Below, piece after piece: positions 48,350 to 61,800 of a DNA stretch of 64,000 bases. Source of the DNA: Prorocentrum cordatum (taxonomy: Eukaryota). The notes below the pieces were generated by a model. That model was not told the DNA's origin, made no database searches, and was given only the letters and a program-made list of their open reading frames with translations. Location of the stretch: contig CAUYUJ010000045.1 in assembly GCA_963575745.1 (NCBI GenBank), positions 1 to 64,000 on the forward strand, in the 5' to 3' direction. A program made the translations under genes and the position numbers. Each line of letters opens with the position of its first letter. Within the stretch, counting starts at the first letter, position 1.

Positions 48350-49371
48350 ATGGGCCGCCGCCGCGCTCAGCGTGAATCGTCTGGCAGTCCGAGGCACCTG
48401 CCCGTCAGTGCCAGGCACGCCCGCCGCTGCGGGTCCAGATCGCCGTCGAGTGAGCGTCGGAGCCGCAGTTCTGAGCCGTTCTCGCAGACTGCCATGCTGA
48501 AGAAGATGGAGTCCATGATGGAGGCTTTCTCGACCGCCATCGTCGGGGAGTTCCAAGCAGGACACAATGAGATATGGGAGAAGCTTGGTCATCATGAGGA
48601 GTATATAATAAGCCTGTCGTCTCGTCTGGACCACACGGCAGAAGGTATCCAGCACCAGCTTGCGGAGCAGCAGAAGCAGATTGACCACCTGAAGCAGAGT
48701 ACTTCCTCGTCGGCAGCTTCAACCGCTCCAAGTCAGGCTGGGGTGAACACCCTGGTGGCCCGCGGAGTGGACCGATAGGCGCGCCTCCAGACCGTCCCAG
48801 CAATCCTAAGAATAAGTACATCGGCACGTGGCCTCGCTCTGTATTGGCAAAGGCACGCGAGCAACACTACGACCAGCTGAAGCAGAGGTTCCCCGTCCTG
48901 TTGCGCGACGCTGAGGCGACGTTCAAGGGCGCCTCCCAGAGCTATGAGATCCAGTTCCCGTCGGAAGCCTCCGCGAAGCAGTTCATGCATTCTGCCAACG
49001 AGAGTCAGATGGCCTGGCGCGACCCCAGGAACGGCAGCGTCACGCCGCTTCGCTGCCGTGGAGACCTGCCTCTACCCGTACGTCTTCGTCAGCAGAACTT
49101 CTCGAAGATCTACCAGCCCCTGAAAGACCTGCTGGTTCGCTCGCCATTGTGGGGTGCGAGGACCAAGCTTGCCGTCAACGGCTTCAAGGGCCAGATGATG
49201 GTGCTAGATGAGTCGGAGGTGTGGCCTCTCGTGTCGCGCACGCACAGTGGCATGGGAGTTGAACAGTTCCACCCGCACTATGACGACCTGAAGGAATGGG
49301 GCATCGATGCGTCGCAGATTGACTCCATCGTCGACGACGCCGCCAACCAGATTGGCGCCGCTCGGCGCTAG
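48350..49371 (+). pseudogene. L1-like ORF1 (coiled coil, RRM-like, C-terminal domain) of a second SL-capped element; no sense ORF2 seen
   Basis: Heptad-like region, then (after a frameshift at ~48.77 kb) NKYIGTWP..EIQFPSEASAKQF..LRCRGDLPLPVR. Confidence 0.55.
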
Positions 49372-49599
49372 GGTGCTCTTCAGCGAGTCTTACGAGATGA
49401 TGTGAGCCCTTCTGCGATGCAGCCTGTGATAGGGGTCCACGCCGCTAATGCTCCTGCCATATCAGCGCCTTTTTTTCTCTTGTGCCTGGCAGCTCAGCTG
49501 CTGCCCTGTGCCTCTCCCTTGTCCATCTAGGCGGCGACCTTGTTGTGCTGCTGGCCTTCTGCTTCTTGTTCCCAGCTCTGTTGTCGATCTTGACCGACG

Positions 49600-50020
49600 T
49601 CGCCTCCGCCTGACCGAGCTCGCGCCTCACGATCAGCCTCTCCGCCGCCATGGCAGCCTGCTCCCTCTGCTTGTCCATCAGGCCCGTTTGCTCGGTCCAG
49701 GTAACCTCCAATTTCGGACGGGCATGCATGTGGGCCTTGTCCCGCAAGTTGATCACGACCACACGCTGCGCAGGGTCCACCGCCTTCCAGGTCATGCTGA
49801 TGGCGGCCCCAATGCGCGAGACCAGGAGCATGACCACTCCAGCGTTGCGCCCCTTGGCCTGCACATACACTCGGTTCCAGCGAGCCCACGGCGCCGCGCC
49901 ATGAATGCAGCCACCCCGCGCCGCGGCTCGACGTCGGCGCCCGCCAAGGTCTCGCACGGTTCCTCGCTCTCGACCTCCTTGGGGCCGATGATAAGCAGCT
50001 CGTACACCCCGTCCAGCTCC
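49600..50020 (-). pseudogene. Possible decayed AP-endonuclease fragment of another LINE
   Basis: LLIIGPKEV, NAGVVMLLV and RVVVINL..HMH weakly resemble APE strands. Confidence 0.25.
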
Positions 50021-51061
50021 GAGAGGGCGACAGCGCCGAGCAGCGCCTAGCCGAGGCGCCCGATCGCCGGCACCGTGTTGGAAGTCCGCGAGCCCCCGGG
50101 CTCGAAACAGGGCTGGAAGGATCCCAGGGCTCAAAGCGCGGGCCTCGCCCGCCACCTCTCGAAGCTATGGCCAAGGAAAACGGGCAAGTGTGCCATGCAT
50201 GAGGAGGCGGCGTTCTTTGGGTTTTCGGGGCAGTGCAAAGTATGGTGAAATACGCGTAGACTTGTTAGAGCAGATTCCGAAAGTCGGTAGGCGGCTGGCG
50301 TATTTCTCTTAACCATCGCGGTCGGCGGGGCATGGCCAGCGTTTCGCAACGAGGAAGCAGGTCATTCGATTCCGATTCAGTGTTCAAGATGCGGAGACGG
50401 GCCAGAAACGCCAAAACATAGTTTCTGCCTTTGCGGTTGCAATCGAGGATCCCCCGCTTTGAATATGTCCCAGGAGTTGCGGCGCAAAGCGCTCGCTTAG
50501 GGAGACAGTATTAAGTGTTCTTGGCATCGAGGCCTAATGCCATCGCATCTCACGGCTGTGGATGGTAGGGTGCCTCTGGAGGGTGGGTCCACGCTCTCCG
50601 CCACATGATGTATAGCAGATCGTTGGTTATCATTGAAATACTGTGCGGCGTGCGGGAGCTACCATCATCAGCAGCTTCGGAATGCATCTGATGAGTGTAA
50701 GAGCCCCCCTAGGCCCCAGTTGCCGAGACGCGTCGGAATATCTCGACGTAGGTTCGAGAGGTCTTGCTCCAAAATGTGTCAGCAATGTTGAGATGGCGGC
50801 CAGGTCCTCCTACTGTAGGTTGGGATCGCTTCGCGGTCGGTCTGACACCATCTTATCTGACCTCCTCACCACCTTTCCGTCCTCTTTCTCCTCGCCTTCC
50901 TGACGAGGAGGAGGAGGAAGAGGAGGAGGAGGAGGAGGAGTCATATTACGAACACGCTACAACTGTTCTGAGCTGCAGGCAGGGCAATGTAAACAGCAGG
51001 ATGGCGAGAAGGATAGGGGAGGAGAGACAGGATGAGGAGGGGGGGAGGCGCCGCCCCTGAG

Positions 51062-51144
51062 GACCTCGCCCACGCAATGGACGAGATTAACTTCTACGAG
51101 TCCGCGATGCACTGCGGCATGAGAGGCAAGGGAGAGCTCGCCAG
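51062..51144 (+). CDS. Exon B of the IPK-like gene: DLAHAMDEINFYESAMHCGMRGKGELA(R)
   Basis: GAG|G acceptor and CAG|GC donor. Contains the ExxFYE motif and ends in phase 2. Confidence 0.7.
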
Positions 51145-52810
51145 GCCGCGGGCCTCGCTGGGGCTGCGCATCGTCCCCGCCTCCCGTCCTCCTCGCTCCT
51201 ACGTCCCCCCGGGGACGCTTCCAGGGAAAAGCGCAGATTTCACACCAGGTTCCCCGGCAATTCTCTGCCATTCTGTGGCCAGACGGGCAGTCGCTCGGCA
51301 TGTTCCGTTGTCCCATGCTGGCTTGCCACTTGAGGCTAAACGAGAACACTGTCCAGTGTCCATTTTAGCGTCTGGGCCCTGAGCCCCCTACAGTGCCCAT
51401 GGCAGGGAATTCGAAGCCACCTGAGGACACTCCACTCTATGTCGACGGCACGGTGTCGGATTCGAGGCAAGGCGTATAAATGACTGGTCTAAGCAGACTT
51501 GTGTTGTAACGGAGTGGTGGTGCAAATCAGCATTTGACATTAATTTGTACCAGAAACCGAATGACATTGAAGTGTTGATTGGGAGCCGTGAAAGTGCTGG
51601 AGTGCAGTGAGTTACCTTCATTGCGGCGGATGGAGCCAGCATTTTGAGCGCAGCGACTGAGACGAGCGAGCCGAACGAAATGAGTGTACTCAGGGAAACG
51701 ATTGCGTGGAGCAAGACGGGCCGGGTGCAAGGTTAACAGAAAGGAGGCGAATTGAGCGGAAGGGAACATAACGGAATGAGATGGGTCGGACATGGAGATG
51801 CATTGAAGGATCAGGCGATGCATGTTTTACGCCGCTTCTGTGTTGCTTTTGTCTTCTTTGTCGAACTTACCTCTCCCGCCCCCAGGGCTCGGGAAGGATA
51901 GAACGAGGCTTTGGGAGCAAGGGGGTACGGAAGGTTCGTGTCGAGCCGACGCGGCAGCGACCCCGCCGTGGACGTTCAAGGTTGAACGCCGCCAGTGGTC
52001 CAGATTCGGCCAATATTGAAAGATCTGGCGATCGAAAAGCCGCAGATCGTTCAAGATTGAGCGATTTACGCGGTGTCAGAACCGACGCCCAGGCCGTCAC
52101 GACACGAACCCGCCATACGAAAGCCGCTGCGTGCAGCTGGTCGCGGCCCCCGCTGGGCACCTTCCTTGAGGCACGGCCGCCCTCGGCGCCAGTGGGCGCC
52201 GGGGTAGCCAGCCGCGTGCAGTGCTGAGTCCCCAATCCCCCTCCTTTTATTCAAGAGGCTTGCGCCATTCTGCCCACCCCCATAACACTGAATTCGTCAA
52301 GAGTCATGCCACCGTGCCTGGCCTGTGGGTCAGGAGCATCGGAGATGCACGTAGGTTCTTCTGGAATGCCTCTCAGGGGCCTCTTGGAGGGCTCTTGGGG
52401 GCATCTGGTTCGCTTTGGGTGGCCTCTCGGGGGCCTCGTGGGGGCCTCTTGGGGGCCTCGTGAGAGCCTCTTGGGGCCTCTTGGGGGCGCGTCGGGGCTC
52501 ACTGGGAGCCCCCCTTGTTTTTCCTACTCAAGCTTTTTGCCCCCTTGTGGCTCAGTGGGCCGTGGAAGCGATGGTGTAATTTTTTGTCGGGGTCAGTTTT
52601 ATAATTTTCTTTGTTTCCCCGGTTCCGTCGCCGTATTGTTTCTGGTTCCGTCGCCGCTTTGGTTGCGGTGGCGGTTCCGATTCCGATTCTGGCTCCTTTT
52701 TCTTTGTTTTGTCGAGCGTTATTTTATGACCGTTTCAATACCAAGAGTTAGACTCGAAAACACTTAAACATTTTTCTGCCGCTTCCAGGGCCTATTGAGC
52801 CCCCCAGAAG

Positions 52811-52889
52811 GCTCCTGCAGTTCGTCCCCGAGTACGCTGGCGTCCTGCGGGCCACCGAGGACGGGAAGGAGGGCCCGATGGACCTGCTG
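52811..52889 (+). CDS. Exon C of the IPK-like gene: (R)LLQFVPEYAGVLRATEDGKEGPMDLL
   Basis: AAG|G acceptor in phase 2 matches exon B. Contains the FxPxYxG motif and a CTG|GT donor. Confidence 0.7.
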
Positions 52890-53389
52890 GTGGGGCGCCC
52901 AGATGCTGCCGCCAGCTCCTGCCGCTGGCGTCGACGATCGGGGATCGGGGATCCATGTTTTCTCGGGGTTACAGTTGATAAGCGCAGAAGAAACACATTC
53001 GCAAACAGTAAGCTTTCGGAGCGCAGAGCGGGCACCTCAGAACGTTTTTGGATATGCCTCTTTTTCTTATTTGAAAGACAGCCCTAGCTTTGGAGGGGTA
53101 CCCTTCTGTTCATCGTGTTTGGGTACTCCCCGCCGTGCATTAGCTCTCGGTCTGGGTGCCTTCATGGGGCCTTGGGCGCTCGGCGAAGGGCCTCGTGTTC
53201 TTGACCTGTGTTCTCTTGGCCGCCTTTCGTTTTCGTTTTTATCTGTAGCCGCTGCCCTGGAGCCCGATCTCCCTGGACCTCCGGAGGCGGCCCGCATGGA
53301 TATCTGTTAGCCAGCGTTGGCCCCAAACAGTGTGTGTGTGTGTGTGGTTTTAGCTATCTATGTGGCGCAATCTAGGTAGAGCATTTCAA

Positions 53390-54980
53390 TGACAAGCAAC
53401 GCAATGTACAGCAACGCAATACAATGCAATGCAAAGCAAAGCAATGCAATGTAATGGAATTCAACGCAATGCAACGCAATGCAACTGCATACAACGCAAA
53501 GCCAGGCAAAACAATGTGATGCACAGCAATGCGAAGCAATGCAGCGAAATTCAAAGCAACGCAAAGCAATGCAAAGCAATGCAACGACATGTAAAGCAGT
53601 GCAAAGCGGGCGGTGACGCGGCGGCAGGCGGCGACCAAGCGGCGACGGCGTCCAGAACGACCCGCAGGCCCAGGCGACGGGCGGCGATTGGCGGTGACCA
53701 GGTGGCGACGGCAACCACATGGCGGCCAGAGCCGCCCGCAGGCCCAGGTCCTTAGAAAAGAAGATCGCCGTTGGAAAAAGCGCACATTGCAACCACCGGT
53801 GCGGAAACAAAGTCCGACCACCAGAGAGGAAGCAAATTGTTACCATTGGTGCCTTGGCATCGCTCGGACGTATGAATATGTTCTCGGCGAGGAGCATCGA
53901 TGAGCATCCCGGATCATCTACCGAGTCCATACACGCACGGAATCGAACAATGCACGGGGAATGGTTCTCCGAGCAATTTTTTACCACCGTATTCTACCGC
54001 ACCAGCACCTCCCCAGGACAAGCGGGGACGATAGGAGGAGTGTGAAAGGGGGCGGTGGGCACCTGCGAGCGGAGAGATTTGTGCGACAGAGGCAGGAGAC
54101 ACAGGAGAGCAAGGGGGCGGAATGACGACGGAGACGGAGGGAGACGTAGCGCAGAGAGCAGCGAGTGTGTGGGAGTGTTGTTTCTATCACTCTTTGGCAC
54201 TCGAAGTGGAGCGTACGGAAGTGGCATTCCTATGGCGCACCTGAAGCAGGCGTGTCTTGGGAATGGGGTCTGAGCACTGCGCAGCAACGCAAAGCAATGC
54301 AAAGCGATGCAGAGCGATGCTAAGCATGGCGTAGTCCTGCCATGCCAATCAGACCACAGCAATGTGTATCAAAGCTAAGCAGAGCAGTGCAAGGTCAAAC
54401 AAAGCAATGCAACGAAATGCAAAGCAATGCAAAACAAAGCAAGACAATGCACATGAGTGCAAAACAACGCAAGTCAATGCAGCACACTTAAAGCAATGTA
54501 ACGCAATACAAAGCCACGCAACTCAAAGCAAAGCAATGTAAATCAATGCCATGCGAAGCAACAACGCAAATCAAGGCAAGCCAGTGCAAAGCAATTCAAT
54601 GCAAAGCAAGCCAGTGCAAAGCAAGGCAAAGTAAGGCAAAGCCATGCACCTCAATGCGAAACAACACACTGCAAAGCAAGTGGAAGCAAGGCAAAGCAAA
54701 CCACATCAATGCAATGCAAAGCAAGGTGAAGCAAGGCAATGCATCGCGAAGCAAAGATATTCAACGACGAGGCGGCGACGGGGCGGCGACGGCGAGCACG
54801 GAATCGCAAGACGGGCTCGCAGACCCAGAGGACAGGCGGCGACGAGGCGGCGACGAGGCGGCGACGGCGAGCACGGAACCGCCAGACCAGCTTGCAGGCC
54901 CAGACGACGGGCGGGGACGAGGCGTCGACGGGGCATCGACGGCGAGCACGGAGCCGCCAGAGAGGCCCGCAGGCCAAGTT
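53390..54980. repeat. Two composite blocks: degenerate (GCAAT/GCAAA)n pentamer followed by GGCGGCGAC-rich repeats
   Basis: Blocks at ~53390-53750 and ~54280-54980 share the same layout. Confidence 0.8.
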
Positions 54981-55239
54981 CTTTACACAAGAAGTGCGAG
55001 CCCATAAGTGCAGGATCCGCTTCAGGCCTCTCTTCTTTGAGTTTTAGGATTCTCTTCGGAAGATTGGTCCTCAGATTCCCCTTGAGCGACGCTAGGGCGG
55101 AACGCGGGGAAGCAGGCAAGCAGACGAGCAACGGGGGACGGGGGGGGACAGTGGCGGGAGAGCGAGAGAGCAGGAGAGCGGGAGAGCGTTACTCACAATA
55201 TTTATTGTGGACTTGCGTTCAAACATATATTTGCGAGGG

Positions 55240-55652
55240 ATAGAGGAAGGCGAGGAAGATAAGGAGGAGTAGGAGACGAGACGAGAAGAGACGAGAAGAG
55301 AAGACACGAGACGAGACGAGAAGAGACGAGAAGAGAAGATACCAGAAGGAGGAGGAGGAGGATTTAAGGAGGAGGAGGAGGAGCATCGTGCAGAAGAGGA
55401 GGATGAGGAGGATAGTGAGGACGATCGTGAGGAGGAGTACCAGGAGGAGGGGAAGGGGGCGGAGGAGGAGGAGGAGGAGGAGAAGGAGGAGGAAAGCGGA
55501 TGAACATGCGGATGAGAACGGGGAGGGTGAGGAAGAGGATAGTGAGGAGCAGGATGATGATGAGGAGGAGGAGGAAGAGGAGGAGGAGGAGGAGGAGGAA
55601 CGCGGAGGATGATGCGAATGAGGAGTGGGAGGAGGACGAGGAGGACGAGGAG

Positions 55653-55694
<42 letters not shown>

Positions 55695-55840
55695 GCAGAA
55701 CGCGGATGAGAACGCGGATGCACATTGCGAGGAGGAGAAAGCGAATGAGGAAGAGGAGGGGGATCATGAGGAGGAGAAAGAACATGATGAGGATGAGGAG
55801 AGCGAGCAGGATTCGAATAGCGAGAAGGAGGAGGAGGAGC
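55240..55840. repeat. Purine-rich (GAG/GAC/GAT)n and (GAGAC)n low-complexity tract
   Basis: Direct reading of the sequence. Confidence 0.9.
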
Positions 55841-58260
55841 ACTATGATAATGTTGATATATTGATGGGATGGCAAGGTCTTACATCGGGCGCAAGTGTGT
55901 GGCGGCACCGGGTCTACCGAGTGAGGATTTACAGCGCGGAGCGGCAAGTGTAGTACAGTAGGGGCCCGTGCCAAGACACGCTCAGCTTCCCGCCAAGGCA
56001 CCCTGGGATTCCTGGATTTCCATGGAGCTGCGATGGAAACGTGGCGCTCGCATGCCAGACGCTCATGTGCATCCTCGGATGTCAGGGTTGGGTTTCTTGC
56101 GGGAGTTTTTTTTGATCGAGCCCTTATTGTAACCATTGTGTCAATGATTGGTTTCTGCCAGCCTCTGAGCGCCAGTTTGTGTTTGGTTGTTGGCTGACCC
56201 CTTGAGCGTGCTGTTTGTGCTCTATCCGTTGGCGCCCTTCAGGTTTGAGACCGTGTCGGTAGAACGCGAAGGTCAGTTGTGATCGCAATGTGAAACGTAC
56301 CTCAGGGAAACACTACATAGACCACAGTCTAGCAGAGCTCGCCGCGATCTTGCCCAACCGTCTAGTGTATCAAGGTGCCTGCAGCAACCCTCGCCCCCCT
56401 CGCCTGGGCAATGGGTCAGAGGCCACATGGATGTTGGTCGGGCCATCTGGAGACGATGTTTCATCGTCCCTGCCGTCCCGGAAACCATTTCAGGGGACCA
56501 GAGAATTTGTGGCTCTAGAAAACGTCAATTACGGACCCACCAGACGCGAAACCGCAGTCTAACACGCCCGGAACCTGCGAAGGCAAAGTGGCGGATTTCG
56601 ATAGGATTCAGCACGGGGGCCGCAGTCGGAGATCTGGAAGGCATGCATTTCCAAGCTGAACGCTGATAAGCTTCCGTCACAGGGAGATGTTTTCGACGTT
56701 TGCTACAGGGGCCCGAGCATGGTCTTGTCTGAACTTGATCCGCAGAATATCTGCTACGTGCATTTCAGGTGCGAGGGGGTGAATGCAACGGTCGCTGATT
56801 GCCCCGTGGTCCGAGGGCTGAAGTATAGATTGTCCGATGTGCGGAATATTGTGCGCGACATCGTTGGTTCTTTGGGTATTTCGCCACTTCGTGCGCTGCG
56901 ACGTACTGCGCGGCATCTACGCGCCGGTCATGATGGCGGCGGTTGGGGATGGTGGAGATGGCGAGGGCGCTTGGGATAACGTGAAGTTTTACTCATCGAC
57001 TCATCGACTCATCAAAAAAAAAAACTCAAACGACGCGACGCTCGATCCTCACTTGTTCGTCGACGACAACGAGTGGCAGAACAGCGCGCGCTTCGGCTTG
57101 CGCGAGAGGCAACTTTGCATAGCAGAGTCGAAAACAACGCGTCCGCCCCAGATCAAGATCGACGCTGGCGTGCTTGAAGGTTCCATCGCTAGCGGGGAGG
57201 CGTTCGCCAGGGCGAACTTCGGCTTCCCCGGTCAAGTTCGCTGCGATAACAGGAAGAAGCAGCATGGTTGCAAGCGTGACGGCGCGCGGCGAATCACGTC
57301 GGCCCCCCGGGGCGCTGCCGCGCAGGACTTGGAAGTGCGCGGGCGCGAAGCAGCGCCCAGAAAGTCCCTGGCGGAGTCTGTTGACCGTCGGTGCCGGACG
57401 TCGGCACTGGGTCTTGCTGCGCTAGTCCCTGATTGCAGAGACGTGGATATTGAGAGCGGTTGTTCTTGAAAACTGCATCGGGCATCCTGGGCCTGTCGGC
57501 GCGCCCCGCTGCAGCCCGCGCTTATCCGGGGGAGTTGCGCGGCCGACTTGGGCTGAGCAGGGGGGCTCGTTAGCCATCGTGAGCGCGTTCGAACCAGATA
57601 ATCTCGATGGCCGCGCGAAGGCGCCGACTCGCTGGCACGTCCGCCGCCCGACTAATCTGGGCTGCGAGCCCAGGCCCGCGTGCGTCGCATAATTCTCGTC
57701 CGGCAGCGCGGGCGGCCGCCCAGCGGCTGCGAAGCAACGTCGGGCGCGTCAACGAGCTCCGCGAAATTTTTCGCGGCGGGCAGGGGGCAAGCAGCAGCGT
57801 GGCGATGGGGCGCCAGTTAGCGAAGGTCGAGAAGTGAGCGAGGGGGGAGACGCGAGAGAGCCGCGCAGACATTTTGGCGTTCCCAGATCGCTGGCGAAAA
57901 TTAGCGGAGCTTTGGCATCTTAGTTAATATAGGCGGACACCGATGTCAAATTCTTCGACGGGCAGTAGCACAACGAATTAAGTTCCACAGTGCGAGTCGA
58001 CCAGGTGCTGGGGCTGTCCAGGGGATCGCGTTTCCAGCGCCGTCTGCGCGCCCGGCGAAAAATGGTTCATGGGGGCGCGGCCTGGAGGCGACGCTTGCTT
58101 TCTCTCTGACGACGAACAGGCACTTCGCCATATAGGCAGCTCTGCAGTCTGCTCGGTTGCGGACGCCGCTGACATCGCCGTCTTGGTTGCCCACGTCAGC
58201 ATTGGCGTCGACAGAGGACAAGTGCGGGTTCGAGGATCTGCTCGCGCGTTCGAACAACGT

Positions 58261-58870
58261 GGGAGAGCGCGCGCGGGATCCGATATTGAAGGCCATCGCA
58301 TTCTTTTGAAGGGCCTGATTCGGACATGCAGGAAGCACCTGTTTGGGCGACTTTGCGCGGAAGGCCCATCGGCTGAATGTGGCCAGGGAAGCTCGGCGGG
58401 CCGTTCTGGCCCCCCAGGGGGTGCCGTAGAACTTGACATCAATATTGCCTTCCTCAGCTTGGCGGTTGCGGCCACGGCGCAGCGCGGGCAATCCAATGTC
58501 CAAGCGGAGTTCCCTCTTCTGCGCGGCATTGTCAACGAGTAGGGCGGGCGGGGGGATTTGTTGCTCGGCACTTGGATGTCGAGGCGGGCGTCGCCAAGAA
58601 ACAGTTAATGTCTGCGACCAGCCCCTACGGGCGGCACTCGCCTGACCCAGTGGGGCGGCCTGATGTGCTCGCGCAGCTGGATGCTCACAAACAGGTTGTG
58701 AATGCATTGGTTCTTCGCCTAGAGCACGACGCCTGGCATCGGGGGGCCGCGACCAGATTGCCGCTCGCATCGCGTGGTCTGTGGCGAGATGGAATGCAGG
58801 GCGTCGATGGGCGTGGAGCGCGTTTTGAAGGATGCGGGCGCCGTGCCGATCTCTTTGGTCTTCGATTGCA
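58261..58870 (+). pseudogene. Decayed family-A-like (TVpol-type) polymerase domain
   Basis: GR...LLKGLIRTCRKHL; VELDINIAF (motif A); AKKQLMSATSPYG (motif B); MECRA..ISLVFDC (motif C), collinear across frameshifts. Confidence 0.45.
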
Positions 58871-61800
58871 TGTGCTCCTTGCCCGTGGGCTTTGACGTTT
58901 ACGGCGGCAGCTTCGCCGACTTCGCGTCTGAAACTGAGGCCGGCCGAGCACGGGGCGTCTATGCGCATGACAGATCTAGGCGGCGCAGAGATTCCCTGGA
59001 GGAGATCCGCCCGAGAGCAAGCTGCGAAGAGCCGAGATCAAGAAGGCGCTCTTGCGTCTCCGCCGCGCCGCGGCGACTCTTCCGCCCCCCCCCCGACAGC
59101 GGCTCACAAGGAGTTGCGGCTGAAGCTGCAGGGGCTCGGGCTTGAGGCCCGACGCAGCTCGGGCACCCCCGCCTGCCAATCTCGCATGCCAGCTTGCTGC
59201 CTTGGCCGCCTGGCGACCTTTAGGCTTTGGGCTCCCAGGCTTATGTTGTTTGACTTCTGGGGCCCACTGTTCCGGCTGCGAGGGCGCCGCGCCCTGGGGC
59301 CTCTTCGGCGCCAGCGCGGCGAAGAGGATCCGGTCGCCTTCGCGGCTGACCGCGGCGCTGAACGCGGGGGTCGCGCGGCGCGCGGCGCGGCGCAGTGACG
59401 GAGACCAGGCCAACATCGCGCCATCTGCGCGATGATCTCATGGCACCCCCTGCCTTCTTCTCCTCTCCCACCTCCCGCGCGCGCGCTGAGCCGCGGTCGC
59501 GCCTGCCCTCGCCCGGCTGCCCCTGCAGCCGCCGCGCGCGCCTCTTGCGGGGCGGGTCGCGCTTTTAGACCCCGTGCAGGCCGGTTTTCGGGTCATTTCT
59601 AGACCGCAGTTTGACTGCAATCTGAGCAACATTAGAACGAGATTAGAGCGCAATGAGACCAACATTGGACCATAATTTAACCAGAGTTGGACCGCGATGA
59701 GACCACGTCATGACCGCAATTAGACCGCCGCGGGCCCCACTTGCGCCCGGCGTTCCGTTCGAGCGCCTCGGGGGGCCCTCGGGGCTGCGAGATGGGCGGC
59801 CGCGGGCGCAGGCCAGGTGGCGAGATCGCGCTGTCGTGGCAATGCCGCAGGCAAAACTGCGTCTCCCCATTGCAGACAAGACATGGGAAACGAGCGACCG
59901 ATCTTTTGAATTCGCCCGGCGGAGATTCGGCGGAGATTTGCCGCGGTCGTCTTGACGACGCGCGGACCGTGCTTGGATAGCAATCATATCGAATTTCGAC
60001 CAGAATTAAGTCGCATTTAGACCAACGCTAGAGCACACTTAAGATGGAATTAGACCGCAATTAGATAGCAATTAGACCGCAACCAGACCGCGGGCCAAGG
60101 TGGGGGGCGCCGGTCACGAGGGGGATCGGAACCGGAAGGAGAATTTGAATTATCGTAGAAAAAAGAGGTGCGCTCATGGGCGCGGGGAGGAGAAAGCGGA
60201 GAGGGGGAAGAGGGGAACAGCATCAACAAGAGGAGCAGGACAGCGATGCGATCATGACGCTGGCGAGGGGGTGGAGGGCGGGGACGTCGAGCGGGGGCAT
60301 TCGCAAAGGGGGGGGCGGGCGCGAGAGAAACCAGGGGGGGGGCAGGACGAAAGGGGCGGTTGACGACGGCGACGACGACGAGCGGACGAGGTGGGCGGGT
60401 TTGGGGGAAGCACGGCCCCCAAGCGGAAACGCCGAATCAACCTCTATCCCCCCGCCGGAAATGCCAAATCAACGTCTAGCGATTTCTGGCCTTCTCCCGT
60501 GGGCCTCTACAGCAGAAGCTCGCGGTCGTTCGCGGGGGCAGCATGCGCGCTGCGATCGCGCCCGCAAATTTGGATTTGGTTGCTGGGGCGTCGAGCCAGG
60601 CAGCATGCGCCAGTGGCCCGTATTCCGATCGGCAACAGCAGAAGATTCACCCTCCTCTGATTCTCCAAGAAGTACAGCTGAGCGACGCTTTCTGCGCCGA
60701 CCTTGCGCGCGCCTGCTCACTGCGTTTTGGAGCGCCTGGGACTCGCGGCCGCGCAGTTGGATTCCGCGCCCGCGGGGGGGTTCGCAGCGCGCTTGTGCGC
60801 GACTCGGAACAGGACGTGGTGGCGCAGATAGGCGACAATGCTTTTGATTATACATTTACCCACTGGGGCGACGGGCGGCGCCGCGCTCGCGTGCTGCGAG
60901 TCAGCGAGGAGGATTCTGTCGACGGCAGCGTTGATACTGGCGCGTTAGATTCGATTGCTGGCCCCTCTCCGTCGCGCGCCAAGAAACCCGCCAGTCAAAC
61001 TTGCTCGAGGCGGCTCGCGGGCCAGGGCCCCCTTCTTGCGCCGAAGTGGGGCGCTCGACGCGCGGGGGCGAAGGGCGCGGGGTGCCCATCGCAGAAGAGC
61101 AGCTCGCACGGGCGAGCGCCCTGCGCGCGACGTGGCGCGCAGTCCCAGAGGTTGAGGCCAGGGCAGGCGGAATGAAGCCTCGACCTAAAATCGATCCATG
61201 ATACGACAGAGAGCGCGCTGAATCGGCTTCGCATTCGCGGCGGAATTAGGAGGGGCATGAAGGGCATGGCGCGCCCGCGCTCCGGGAACGGCAGAGCTGA
61301 CTTGGTGTTCTGAAGGATGCGTTCAATCGTGGGCTGCGGTGCAGGTGCAAACGCTGCGCTTGCCGCGGATTCGCGGTGCTCCAAAGTGGCCGTCCGCCCT
61401 TCTCGCGCGCTCATGGGCCGCGATCGTCGCTTTTCAATGGCCAGCTTGCTACGCTCGCGCGCGTGCCCCCCGGCGCCTCTCGCGCGACTGCGAGGCGCTT
61501 GCCTTCCACGTTGAACCGCGAAGTCTTTGCGGGCATGAGCAGGCGGCAGCGTCGGCAGAGAGCGAAGTCCCCCGTCGAGCGCGAAGACAGCCAGCGAGTT
61601 CGGCACGGGGAAGGCTCGGCACGGCGCAGGAGCTGGCGGGGCGGCGTTCGGCAGGCGCCGGGCGGAGGATGATTGCGACGAGGTTTCGCGGGAGCAGCGG
61701 GCTGGCCTGATTGGGCGGGGTCGGCCTGATTATTTGGCCCGTGTTCCGACGTCATCGCGCGCGGCGTAGCGTTCGCCTGGCCCAGGGGCCATCGCGAAGG